Positions 1 through 8,676 of a DNA stretch of 64,000 nucleotides are shown piece after piece; within the stretch, counting starts at the first letter, position 1, and the number at the start of each line of letters is the position of its first letter. The notes beneath the pieces were generated by a model that searched no databases, had not been told where the DNA came from, and worked only from the letters and a program-made list of their open reading frames with translations. This stretch comes from a virus. The position numbers and the translations under genes are program-made. The DNA is taken from IMG/VR virus record IMGVR_UViG_3300023184_000037, positions 81,138-145,137 of that record, one strand, 5' to 3'.

Positions 1-1
1 A

Positions 2-172
2 AATGCCCTATTAGCAGGAGATGAGAAACAATTTCAGAATTTAACACCAAAGGCAGTTCATGGAATGTATGGTGAACTTAAATCTAAAATTGAAGATTCA
101 ATGGGAGTAGTTGCTGAAGGATTTACCAATGAAATTATGACATTCGAACAATTTATTAACAAAGATATATAA
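2..172 (+). CDS. 3' end of a truncated gene, possibly a cytidylyltransferase-like nucleotidyltransferase, with a C-terminal capsid-targeting-like motif
   Basis: Hand translation NALLAGDEKQFQNLTPKAVHGMY...IMTFEQFINKDI*; the start resembles the C-terminal helices of phage cytidylyltransferases. Confidence 0.45.
   Translation, partial: NALLAGDEKQFQNLTPKAVHGMYGELKSKIEDSMGVVAEGFTNEIMTFEQFINKDI
164..172 (+). promoter_or_regulatory. Late promoter motif GATATATAA (analogue of T4 TATAAATA)
   Basis: Same motif at 5581, 7944, 14458, 19532, 21699, 30463, 31306, 35988, 38260, 39949, 47691, 50217, 52543, 54659; AATATATA variants at 33977, 45320, 58701, 63331; GATAAATA on the minus strand at 41767-41774 and 58619-58626; mostly upstream of virion genes. 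Confidence 0.8.
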
Positions 173-196
173 AACATAAATAAATATAGAAATCCT

Positions 197-2536
197 ATGA
201 ATTTTAATGAATTCCTAAATGAAGGTAGTACTTCAACTTATGGTGGACCTGCTGGACTTACCAAAGATGAGACGTTTAAAATTGCTCAAAAATTTGCAGA
301 TGCTGCCGCTAGTGTTGACCCTGAAAAAGGAAAATGGGGTGTAAACAAAAGAACCTTAGAAGAGGATGGGTTTGACCTAGACTACAATGATGTGGAATTT
401 GACGGTGGTTCATATAACATTTACAAAAATGGTAATGTTGTAAATATGGCTCTTCGTGAAAATCCAGTTTTAGGTAAAATAGGAGACGATATTAAAACTA
501 TTGCAAAAGGTTTTAAAAAGATGATGGCAAATGAATCTGCTACAAACGAGGCTAATCTAGTTCTAGGGTTATCAACTAACAATTATCCTGCTGGAACAAT
601 TGCAAGATATCGTATAGAATCCTCTGTAATTAACCTAAGAAAAGTTGCTGATTTATCAAAAGACTCATGGAAAAAATATTCAAGAGCATTTGCTGATGAT
701 GAAATTGGTTTTGAAAAATCAAGCGATAGAAAAGAGGCATTAGATGCTATTCAAAAATCATTCGATAATGGTAAAAATGACATTAGAGAATTTGGTTTAA
801 ATGAATCAGTAGTTAATGAAACTGGATTTAAAAAATCTGACATTAAAAAAACTATCGACTTTATTAATAAAGAAATTGGAATAGATCCAGGATATGCTCT
901 AATTGGAGATGAAGACGATATTGAAGAATTTGACAAACTTTGGGATCGTGGTGATTATGAAGATGCATTTGACTTTTTAACAGTTGCAACAAACATGGAA
1001 ATTTCAACATTTGCCGATGTTAAAGATGCTCTTAAAGAATCAGTAGTTAACGAAAGAAATATCACTATCAAAAGACAATACACTGATAAAAGTCCTGCAG
1101 TTACTGTAGGTAAAGCTGCTAAAATTCGTAACAGAATGCTAGAGGCTATTAAAGATGGTAAAGTTTCACAAGAAGATTTTAATAATATTCTTAAAGAAAT
1201 GACTACAGATTCTAAAAGATGGTTGAGAAGAAATGCTCAGTGTTTTAATGTATCTGAGGATGGAATTACCCTATCAAAAACAGGTTCTAGAATCCTTAAA
1301 AATATTATGGTTTCTGAAGCCACTACAAAGGCCCCAAAGATTTGGGTTCCTGGAGGATTTGATAAAGAAATTTCAAAATACCCAAATAGTAAAATTACCA
1401 GAAAAATTGTATTAGATGCGGCACTTAAATGGGATGTTAATCCAGAAGATGCTATCAAGTATGTTGAATTTGGTTGGGTTGTTGACTTAGACGAAAATAA
1501 AAATAACAACGATATGAACACAAAATTTATTTACGAGTCTTTCGCAGATTTCGTTGCAAACAAATTAAATGAAAATACATTAAACGAGGCATTTAAAAGT
1601 ACTAAACTTTCTAACTTGTTCTCAGTAGGAAGCGCGGGTACTAAAGACCTTGCAGGAGCATTCTATAATTTCTCAAAACTAGCACTTGACCAAATCGAGG
1701 ATTATGACATTATTGAAATGGACCCTCAAACTGCACGTAAAGAAAAAAGAGCAAATGCAATTTACTTCTATATAGTAACTAATCAAAAAGTAAATCCATA
1801 TATTGAAGGTAGTAATCCAAGCACTTACAATAATGGAATTATCCAATCAAATACTCTATTAGCAATGACCAATGGACAAAATGAATGGTACTCAACATCA
1901 TATAATAATTATACAAAAGGAGAAACGATAAAAGTTGCAAAATCAAGAGAAGATGCAGCAGGTTTCGATAAAAGAGACAGTAAAAGATATGATGGTTCGG
2001 GAATTACATCTCTTACTAAAGTAGCTGAATTGGCTGATACTGCGTATGTTATTGACTTAGACGTTCTTAAAGCAAGATATTCTACATCATCATTAACATT
2101 TAAAAGAGCTGAAGATAAACGTGGAGCTACTGCTTTCCAAAGCGACAAAGACTTTAAAGCGGCAAACAAAGCACGTTATAATGAAATCTTAGCACAAAAA
2201 GCAGTTGCAATGCCAATCGATGAAGTAGTATTAGGAGCTATTGATACTCTTGCTACTCAAATTAAAGATGCTCTATCTGCGGGACAAAAGGGAAGATATG
2301 GAGAACTTATTATCGGACTAGACCCTAAAAATAGAGAAATCAAAATGAGTGATGCTTCTAATTTAATGAGAAATATCCTTGATGAGTACAATAGATATGT
2401 TGGATATGTTGTTGATGCTGAAAAAGAAGTTGCAACTGGATATAGTGGAAAATTCTACGAAGGTAGACTAAAAGAAAGTGCTAAAACAATAACAGATTAC
2501 GTTAAGAAAGTAGACGCTAAAAATTACGCTTGGTAA
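197..2536 (+). CDS. Large modular internal head protein or polyprotein (putative)
   Basis: N-terminus MNFNEFLNE; repeated ESVVNE/LNE linkers; late promoter upstream. Confidence 0.55.
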   Translation: MNFNEFLNEGSTSTYGGPAGLTKDETFKIAQKFADAAASVDPEKGKWGVNKRTLEEDGFDLDYNDVEFDGGSYNIYKNGNVVNMALRENPVLGKIGDDIKTIAKGFKKMMANESATNEANLVLGLSTNNYPAGTIARYRIESSVINLRKVADLSKDSWKKYSRAFADDEIGFEKSSDRKEALDAIQKSFDNGKNDIREFGLNESVVNETGFKKSDIKKTIDFINKEIGIDPGYALIGDEDDIEEFDKLWDRGDYEDAFDFLTVATNMEISTFADVKDALKESVVNERNITIKRQYTDKSPAVTVGKAAKIRNRMLEAIKDGKVSQEDFNNILKEMTTDSKRWLRRNAQCFNVSEDGITLSKTGSRILKNIMVSEATTKAPKIWVPGGFDKEISKYPNSKITRKIVLDAALKWDVNPEDAIKYVEFGWVVDLDENKNNNDMNTKFIYESFADFVANKLNENTLNEAFKSTKLSNLFSVGSAGTKDLAGAFYNFSKLALDQIEDYDIIEMDPQTARKEKRANAIYFYIVTNQKVNPYIEGSNPSTYNNGIIQSNTLLAMTNGQNEWYSTSYNNYTKGETIKVAKSREDAAGFDKRDSKRYDGSGITSLTKVAELADTAYVIDLDVLKARYSTSSLTFKRAEDKRGATAFQSDKDFKAANKARYNEILAQKAVAMPIDEVVLGAIDTLATQIKDALSAGQKGRYGELIIGLDPKNREIKMSDASNLMRNILDEYNRYVGYVVDAEKEVATGYSGKFYEGRLKESAKTITDYVKKVDAKNYAW

Positions 2537-2537
2537 A

Positions 2538-3143
2538 ATGAAACACATTAAACTATTTGAGCAGTTTGTTGCTGAAGGAAAATCAGATGCTTTTCCGGAA
2601 TACAACAATGGATATGCTCCTGGAGATTATAAATACATGAAAGAAATGAAATCTCTTCTTTCTAAAATTAAGGGAATTTCTGAGTATGACGATATGGACT
2701 CAACTACCCATGTTTATATAAAATCTGCTCCTGGAAATAGTGGTGTTGATTTAACTAAAGACATTCAAAAGGTTCTTAAAGGATTTGATGGTAATCTAGA
2801 TTTAGATAATATTACTAGTAACATCGGTAAACCTGGAGAAACTAGTCCTAATGACCAGCAAAAAGGAATTGTTACCTATAAAATTGCTAAAAAAATTGAT
2901 TGGTGGACACTTAAAAGAGCAGCAGGAAAAGAAAAACCTAGCACTGAAACCGTTTTAACTGACGATATTATTTCTGGAATTTTAGATAGAATGGCCCAAG
3001 TTTCAACGACTCAACATGAATTAGCAGACGTTCAATGGACTTCTTTAGAAGATTTACTTAGAGCAGCAGAAGACCACATGACTGCGACTAATTATAAGAA
3101 ATTTTATAAAGAAATCAAGGCAAAATATCCTAAAATGAAATAA
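2538..3143 (+). CDS. Hypothetical internal head protein with capsid-targeting-like N-terminus
   Basis: MKHIKLFEQFVAE. Confidence 0.55.
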   Translation: MKHIKLFEQFVAEGKSDAFPEYNNGYAPGDYKYMKEMKSLLSKIKGISEYDDMDSTTHVYIKSAPGNSGVDLTKDIQKVLKGFDGNLDLDNITSNIGKPGETSPNDQQKGIVTYKIAKKIDWWTLKRAAGKEKPSTETVLTDDIISGILDRMAQVSTTQHELADVQWTSLEDLLRAAEDHMTATNYKKFYKEIKAKYPKMK

Positions 3144-3144
3144 G

Positions 3145-3645
3145 ATGAAACATATTAAACTATACGAACAATTTGTAAATGAAGCAGCCGCGGTAAAAGT
3201 TACCCTGACTCCTGATTTATTCGATGATAAAAACTCTACTTGGGGTATGTACCAAGATTTAAAAGATACAGGGTGTTCTACATGGAAAATCAACTGTAAT
3301 TTATTAGCAGATTCTGATGATGATATTATCATAGGAGAACGTAATGTTGTTATGTTTTCAGTTAGTGTATGGGATGATGGTGAAGCAGTTGCTAAAATCG
3401 GAACTACAAACTCTCTTAAAAGAGAACCTTCTGGAACTTTTGGTAAGAATTTCACATTTAATGTTGAAGATTTTAAAGCCAATTCAAAGAAACTTTCTAC
3501 CGAAATTGCAGATTTCTTAGTAGACAAAGAACACTTTAATTGGATTAATAAGAGCATCACATCAAATAGAACACCTCTTAAAATAACTCCTAAAGGAGAT
3601 TTTAGTCAGGTAATCGAAAAACTAATAGAAGCAGCGATTAAATAA
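3145..3645 (+). CDS. Hypothetical internal head protein with capsid-targeting-like N-terminus
   Basis: MKHIKLYEQFVNE. Confidence 0.55.
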   Translation: MKHIKLYEQFVNEAAAVKVTLTPDLFDDKNSTWGMYQDLKDTGCSTWKINCNLLADSDDDIIIGERNVVMFSVSVWDDGEAVAKIGTTNSLKREPSGTFGKNFTFNVEDFKANSKKLSTEIADFLVDKEHFNWINKSITSNRTPLKITPKGDFSQVIEKLIEAAIK

Positions 3646-3658
3646 TAAGATAAACGAC

Positions 3659-3991
3659 ATGAAAAAATTAAAACAATACGAGGAATTTATCAATGAATCA
3701 TTACTTATTGAAGAGTATAAATTATATGAAAAAAAGTATACACCTCAAGAGAGAAAAGAATTAGAAAAAAATGGAGAAGCAATGCCAGGCGGTAGGTTTC
3801 CTATTAAAGATTTAACTGATTTAAGAAATGCAATTCACTATTTAGGAAAGAACGTTGCAAAAGACGGTGCAGATGTTGCTAAGTTTATTGCAAAAAGAAT
3901 GAAAGAATTAGATGGATTAAAATATACTGACATGTTTTCATCAGCCCTAAAAAATTCAAAGTTAGGCGATGAAAAACAATATTTAGCATAA
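3659..3991 (+). CDS. Small head-associated protein, DUF6582-like
   Basis: MKKLKQYEEFINE; AMPGGRFPIKDLTDLRNAI motif. Confidence 0.45.
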   Translation: MKKLKQYEEFINESLLIEEYKLYEKKYTPQERKELEKNGEAMPGGRFPIKDLTDLRNAIHYLGKNVAKDGADVAKFIAKRMKELDGLKYTDMFSSALKNSKLGDEKQYLA

Positions 3992-3993
3992 CC

Positions 3994-4065
3994 AAAACTT
4001 TAACATAAATTTAACACTCCAGATTTTACAGTCTGGAGTTTTTTGATTATATTTACATATCTAAT
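3994..4065 (+). promoter_or_regulatory. Repeated early promoter cassette (TTTAACA direct repeats, hairpin, TATATTTAC box)
   Basis: Near-identical copy at 59814-59885 and related copy at 60328-60400; TATATTTAC at 4048-4056. Confidence 0.75.
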
Positions 4066-4082
4066 TTTAACAAAGAAATATT

Positions 4083-4580
4083 ATGTACAAATTTAATCGA
4101 TTTCCTTTATGTTCACTAGTTTATTTTGAAGCTGCCAAAATCCTAGGTTATGACGACAATGAAGCAGCCTCACTTGCACAAGGTAGAGCCGCATTTTTCG
4201 CAGCCGCTAAAATGGGTTTTAAAAATAAAAATAGTGTGGTTGATAACCCTAATATCGACCTTGTAGAATCTATTCCTTTTGCCGGATTTCCCGCGTTTAT
4301 CTTACCTGCCGGAGCTATAGAAGGTGTTGATGGTATTGTATGTTGTACCCGAGATGGAGACAAAATCCATGAATCTTCAAGCCACTTTAAAAGTGAAAAT
4401 AGAATTATCAATAACGTAGGTTCTTTAGGATTGGCTAAACTTAAGCAACACATTAATGATGAGTTACTTGCATTAGGTGACAAAATAAACGCAAATGACA
4501 AGGTTTATAAAGTTTACGTTAAGATGAGAGACACTGCTAGACACGAAAATTTTTACGAAGATGTTCTTTTATCCGCCTAA
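4083..4580 (+). CDS. Hypothetical early protein
   Basis: 165 aa ORF directly after the early cassette. Confidence 0.6.
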   Translation: MYKFNRFPLCSLVYFEAAKILGYDDNEAASLAQGRAAFFAAAKMGFKNKNSVVDNPNIDLVESIPFAGFPAFILPAGAIEGVDGIVCCTRDGDKIHESSSHFKSENRIINNVGSLGLAKLKQHINDELLALGDKINANDKVYKVYVKMRDTARHENFYEDVLLSA

Positions 4581-5085
4581 GCCCGGTACAATATTCTTTA
4601 AATCAATTCCATTAGAAAATTATCTAGTGCAATGGAAGTGGAGAGGATGGAGAATATGTATCAACCAAAACGGAGAATGTTTCACTAGAACAAAAAAGAA
4701 GATTGACATTACCACCCATTTCCCTAAACAATCATATGACTATCAACTAGATGGAGAGATTATTAGTAAATCAGAGGAGATAGAATATCAAGTTAAGGGT
4801 GCTATTAAAAGCGGAGATTATGAAATCAAGATTTTTGATATTTTTATTCCATCCAAACCGGATTTAAAACTAATTGAAAGGTTAGAGATATTAAAAAATG
4901 ATTTTGGAATTGATGTCAAGCATGAAACCGTAAAAACATTTGATGATGTTAATAATTCACTATCCAATGCGTTATCTCTAGGAAGAGAAGGTATTGTACT
5001 AAAATTAAAAGATAGTGTTTGGAGAGCCGGAGAAACTATATCAAATATTGAACGAGATTGGATTAAAGTAAAAGCAAAAATATGA
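4561..5085 (+). CDS. Minimal ATP-dependent ligase (adenylation domain only)
   Basis: Motifs I QWKWRGWR, III LDGEI, IIIa IFDI, IV EGIVLK, V WIKVK at the C-terminus; no OB domain. Confidence 0.75.
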   Translation: MFFYPPKPGTIFFKSIPLENYLVQWKWRGWRICINQNGECFTRTKKKIDITTHFPKQSYDYQLDGEIISKSEEIEYQVKGAIKSGDYEIKIFDIFIPSKPDLKLIERLEILKNDFGIDVKHETVKTFDDVNNSLSNALSLGREGIVLKLKDSVWRAGETISNIERDWIKVKAKI

Positions 5086-5582
5086 AAAAAAAGACAGCCA
5101 AAAATAATTTTGAAAAGACGGGTTTAGTTGATGCCGAAATTGTTGCTCATCAATTAATCCATGAAATAGAACACATGTGCAATTCTATAGAAATTAGTGG
5201 TTCTATTCGTAGAGGTGCGGAAGAGGTTGGAGATATCGACATTGTTGTAATACCTAAAGATATCGATAATTTTCTAGTAGAGATTAAGGGTATTATAGAT
5301 TATGATTATGGAGGCACTAAAAAGGTATTTGGTATCTATAAAGAACGACCAATTAATATATTCTTAACCAATAGCGATTCTTTCGGTGCATGCCTTTACC
5401 AAACTACGGGTCCTGTTTTTTATAATATCCGTAAAAGAACCAAGGTAAAAGCAATGGGATATAAACTCAATGAGTACGGTTTATTTTGTAACACAACCGG
5501 AAACAAAGTTGCCGGAGACTCTGAGAATTCAATATTTGATTTCTTTGGTTGGTCAAGAAAAGATCCCAAATTAAGAGTGTGA
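5082..5582 (+). CDS. Minimal DNA polymerase X family protein (ASFV PolX-sized)
   Basis: SGSIRRG..GDIDIV, YQTTGP..YN, GYKLNEYGLF. Confidence 0.85.
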   Translation: MKKKTAKNNFEKTGLVDAEIVAHQLIHEIEHMCNSIEISGSIRRGAEEVGDIDIVVIPKDIDNFLVEIKGIIDYDYGGTKKVFGIYKERPINIFLTNSDSFGACLYQTTGPVFYNIRKRTKVKAMGYKLNEYGLFCNTTGNKVAGDSENSIFDFFGWSRKDPKLRV

Positions 5583-5607
5583 TATATAATAAAAACAAAT
5601 TAAAATC

Positions 5608-6156
5608 ATGCCAAGTACAAGTAAAGCACAACAAAAATTAATGGGTATGGCATACGCTCTTAAAAAAGGAGATATGGACCCAAAGGATGCAAGCAAAGAA
5701 GTTAAAGACCTTGCTGATTCGATGACACTTCAACAATTAAAAGATTTTGCAAGTACAGAACATAAAGGACTTCCTGACCATGTTAAAGAGGGAGAAGACC
5801 ATGAAGTTGGAATGGCAATGAGTCAACTTAATGCAATTTCAAAAGCAGTTGGAGAATTACTTCAAAAAATTGGAAGAGAGGAAAAGGACTTACCAGGTTG
5901 GCTACAAGACCATATTTCCCAATCTTATAATTATATCAAACAGGCAAATGATGGTTACTATGAGTTAGAGGAAATGGTTTCTCCTGATAGTATTGGAGGA
6001 ATGGGAGCTACCGCTCTACCCTCACCGACAACAGTAGGTTCTGGAGATGTTCCGAAAGGAGCAGGAGATGCAAAAGAAGAGGAGGAAGAGGAAAAGAAAA
6101 GACGCAAAGAATTCTTAAAGAAGTTTAAATCTTTCGAAGATTTTATTAAGGATTAA
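5608..6156 (+). CDS. DUF3008-like protein, probable head protein
   Basis: MPSTSKAQQKLMGMA...LKDFAST.HKGLP.HV; C-terminal KSFEDFIKD; late promoter at 5581. Confidence 0.6.
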   Translation: MPSTSKAQQKLMGMAYALKKGDMDPKDASKEVKDLADSMTLQQLKDFASTEHKGLPDHVKEGEDHEVGMAMSQLNAISKAVGELLQKIGREEKDLPGWLQDHISQSYNYIKQANDGYYELEEMVSPDSIGGMGATALPSPTTVGSGDVPKGAGDAKEEEEEEKKRRKEFLKKFKSFEDFIKD

Positions 6157-6165
6157 TTAAAAATT

Positions 6166-6193
6166 GAAACAATATTCCAAACCTCAGTATAAA
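6166..6193 (+). promoter_or_regulatory. Middle-type promoter GAAAC-N17-TATAA(T/A)
   Basis: Same motif with 17 nt spacer at 6455, 10318, 22252, 25872, 41776, 61558; variants at 8358 (AAAAC), 57382 (TAAAC) and 32455; mostly upstream of replication and metabolism genes. Confidence 0.75.
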
Positions 6194-6208
6194 TACTGAG
6201 GTTTTTTT
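6179..6208 (+). terminator. Intrinsic terminator
   Basis: AAACCTCAGTA/TACTGAGGTTT hairpin plus T run. Confidence 0.75.
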
Positions 6209-6217
6209 AATTTAACA

Positions 6218-6475
6218 ATGATGCAATATTTTTTTAAACCAGACAATTATGCTAGGTGGTCAGAACTGGCTACCGAAAAGATTAGTGTGACAATCGATTC
6301 GTGTACTACCCAGAGGCACATAGAATCTGCCAAAAGAATGATTGATACATTTATAATGATTACTGCTCTAGAGGATAATATTGAAACAGAGGAGCTAGAA
6401 TGGATTGTAAATCTATATTGGTTAAAAATCTTTTTAAAAAAACAAACTCTTTTTGAAACAAAATCAAAACAATAA
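6218..6475 (+). CDS. Hypothetical protein
   Basis: 85 aa ORF after a middle promoter. Confidence 0.55.
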   Translation: MMQYFFKPDNYARWSELATEKISVTIDSCTTQRHIESAKRMIDTFIMITALEDNIETEELEWIVNLYWLKIFLKKQTLFETKSKQ

Positions 6476-6506
6476 GTATAAATTAAGAACTTAAAAATAA
6501 ATTAAA

Positions 6507-7943
6507 ATGGAATTCTTAGAAGCATTAAGACAAGAGGACATGGTAACTGAAAATGGAATGGCAACTAATTCGACATCGTTGAATGCATGTGTTGACCTTT
6601 TCTTTAACATTGGAGCTATGAGAGGACAAGACAAACAACGTTTGATTGCTACTTTCTCTAAAGCATTTAATGAAGACCCTAAGCGTGCTATGAAACTCCT
6701 TTTTTGGGCTAGAGATGTTAGAGGTGGAGCTGGAGAACGTCAAGTTTTCAAGGACATTTTAGTTTATTTGGCAGAAAACCATGATTTGGTACTTAAACCA
6801 AACTTACACTTAATTTCAGAGTATGGTCGTTGGGATGACTTACTAGCCCTAGCAGGAACATATCTTGAAAAGGAAGCATTCACCCTAATTTCTGATGCAA
6901 TCATCAACGAAAATGGTTTATGTGCTAAATGGATGCCACGTAAAGGAGCAGTAGCTGAAAAGTTACGTAAATTTACTGGAATGTCCCCAAAGCAGTACAG
7001 AAAATCTCTTGTAGGTTTAACTAATGTTGTTGAAACTAAAATGTGTGCTAAAGACTGGAATTCTATCGATTTCGGTAAATTACCATCTGTCGCTTCAGCA
7101 AGATACCAAAAAGCATTTGGTAAAAACGCATACGAAAGTTATTCAGCCTATATTGCTTCTCTTGTAAAAGGTGAGGCTAAAATTAATGCAGGTGCAGTTT
7201 ACCCATACGATGTGACTAAGTCTCTAAATTATGGAAACTCAAGCGTAGCAAACGAACAATGGAAAGCTCTTCCAAACTATATGGAAGGCGCAAACGATAT
7301 GATTTTACCAGTGGTTGATGTCTCAGGTTCTATGTCTTGCCCAGCAGGCGGTAGTAAATCTGTAACATGTATGGATGTTGCAATCTCATTAGGTCTTTAT
7401 ATTTCTGAAAGAAATGAAGGTCCTTTCAAAGATGCATTCATTACTTTCTCAAGTAAACCACAGTTACAAGTATTAAGTGGCTCATTGAGTGATCGCTACA
7501 CACAGATGTCAAACTCTGATTGGGGAATGTCAACGGATCTTGAGGCGACCTTCAAATTGATTTTAAATCAGGCCACTAAGCATAAACTATCGCAAGATAA
7601 AATGCCAAATAAAATCCTAATCCTATCGGATATGGAATTTAATGCAGCAGTTTATACTGGAGGTTATAGTACTAGATTTAAAGGTGGAACTTGGAATCCA
7701 ACTGCTCAGCAAATGATTGAGCAAATGTATGCTGACGCAGGTTACAAAGTACCTCAAATTGTTTACTGGAATATTCAATCCCGAAATGGAGGAGTACCAG
7801 TTGCATTTGATACTCAAGGAACTGCACTGGTTTCAGGATTCTCTCCAGCAATTATGACAAGTTTACTTGGAGGAGACATAGAATCTCCACAACAAATAAT
7901 GGATAAAACAATTTTGAGTGAGAGATACGCTCCAATTGTATAA
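6507..7943 (+). CDS. DUF2828-family TROVE/Ro60-like protein with C-terminal vWA domain
   Basis: TENG, RDVRGGAGER, YGRWDDL, AKWMPR; MIDAS DVSGSM, ILSDMEF, VYWNI, LVSGFSP. Confidence 0.85.
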   Translation: MEFLEALRQEDMVTENGMATNSTSLNACVDLFFNIGAMRGQDKQRLIATFSKAFNEDPKRAMKLLFWARDVRGGAGERQVFKDILVYLAENHDLVLKPNLHLISEYGRWDDLLALAGTYLEKEAFTLISDAIINENGLCAKWMPRKGAVAEKLRKFTGMSPKQYRKSLVGLTNVVETKMCAKDWNSIDFGKLPSVASARYQKAFGKNAYESYSAYIASLVKGEAKINAGAVYPYDVTKSLNYGNSSVANEQWKALPNYMEGANDMILPVVDVSGSMSCPAGGSKSVTCMDVAISLGLYISERNEGPFKDAFITFSSKPQLQVLSGSLSDRYTQMSNSDWGMSTDLEATFKLILNQATKHKLSQDKMPNKILILSDMEFNAAVYTGGYSTRFKGGTWNPTAQQMIEQMYADAGYKVPQIVYWNIQSRNGGVPVAFDTQGTALVSGFSPAIMTSLLGGDIESPQQIMDKTILSERYAPIV

Positions 7944-7959
7944 GATATATAAAGAAAAT

Positions 7960-8017
7960 TGGTTCCTTACAGCAATCCATAAAAAGCAATTATAAACTAC
8001 GCAAATATTGGAACCAG
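7960..8017 (+). ncRNA. Putative short Y-RNA-like ncRNA 1
   Basis: TGGTTCC (7960-7966) pairs with GGAACCA (8010-8016); TTACAGCAA follows the 5' arm; late promoter at 7944. Confidence 0.55.
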
Positions 8018-8018
8018 G

Positions 8019-8256
8019 CGGATCGGTACAGCAAAAAGTACACACACAGCTATGATAGCCAACGTATTACAGAGATAGTATCAAGTATAACAGGCAAATG
8101 GAAGTCTAACCAGGATAAAAAATAGACAAACGTCATACCACCCCAATAGGTGATAAGTAGGATGGGTCGAAGTTTAGTAGACGCTCGCGAAAATCAAAGC
8201 CGAAGACGTTAAACAGGGTTATTCCGCCGGGAAGAAAATCACGAAAAACGATCCCG
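8019..8256 (+). ncRNA. Putative long Y-RNA-like ncRNA 2
   Basis: GGATCG (8020-8025) pairs with CGATCC (8249-8254); GTACAGCAA follows the 5' arm; several internal hairpins; no credible ORF; terminator follows. Confidence 0.55.
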
Positions 8257-8265
8257 TAATAATTT

Positions 8266-8310
8266 AATCCTGACAAAATTGTTAATAACTTTTTTAGTCA
8301 GGATTTTTTT
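8266..8310 (+). terminator. Intrinsic terminator closing the ncRNA unit
   Basis: AATCCTGAC/GTCAGGATT stem plus T run. Confidence 0.6.
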
Positions 8311-8327
8311 ATGTCGATTTTTTGTAT

Positions 8328-8385
8328 TATATTTACATATCTAATTAAAGTGCATAAAAAACAAAACCAATATATAACATATAAT
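8328..8385 (+). promoter_or_regulatory. Early (TATATTTAC) and middle-type (AAAAC-N17-TATAAT) promoters of the modification cluster
   Basis: TATATTTAC at 8328-8336; AAAAC at 8358-8362; TATAAT at 8380-8385. Confidence 0.6.
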
Positions 8386-8400
8386 ACTTAAACGAAACTT

Positions 8401-8676
8401 ATGAATATTTTAGACGAAGCAAGCGGAATTGTTAATAACCGCTCAGAAGAAGCAGACAGACAGTATGGTCCTTTCTCAGAAGGTATGGACAGAGCTGCAA
8501 TGATTTTTAGAGGTATGACCGGAATCGAAGTTACCGGAGAACACATGTTTAAAGCACTAGTTGCACTTAAATTCAGTAGAGAATCGTACAATCACAAGCG
8601 TGATAATTTATTAGATGCAGTTGCATATATCCAAGGATTAGACAACTACATTAACGAAAAGCAAAACAATGGTTAA
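8401..8676 (+). CDS. DUF6378-like small helical protein (nucleotide-modification associated)
   Basis: ILDEA..IV..R...YG....LK.SRE...HKRDN..D...Y pattern. Confidence 0.65.
   Translation: MNILDEASGIVNNRSEEADRQYGPFSEGMDRAAMIFRGMTGIEVTGEHMFKALVALKFSRESYNHKRDNLLDAVAYIQGLDNYINEKQNNG

Noticed and set aside
7956-8260. tRNA, tmRNA or a protein-coding gene in the gap after the TROVE-like gene
   Set aside because: No cloverleaf or GTTCRA T-loop, no tag reading frame recognised, and only a weak 60 aa antisense ORF.
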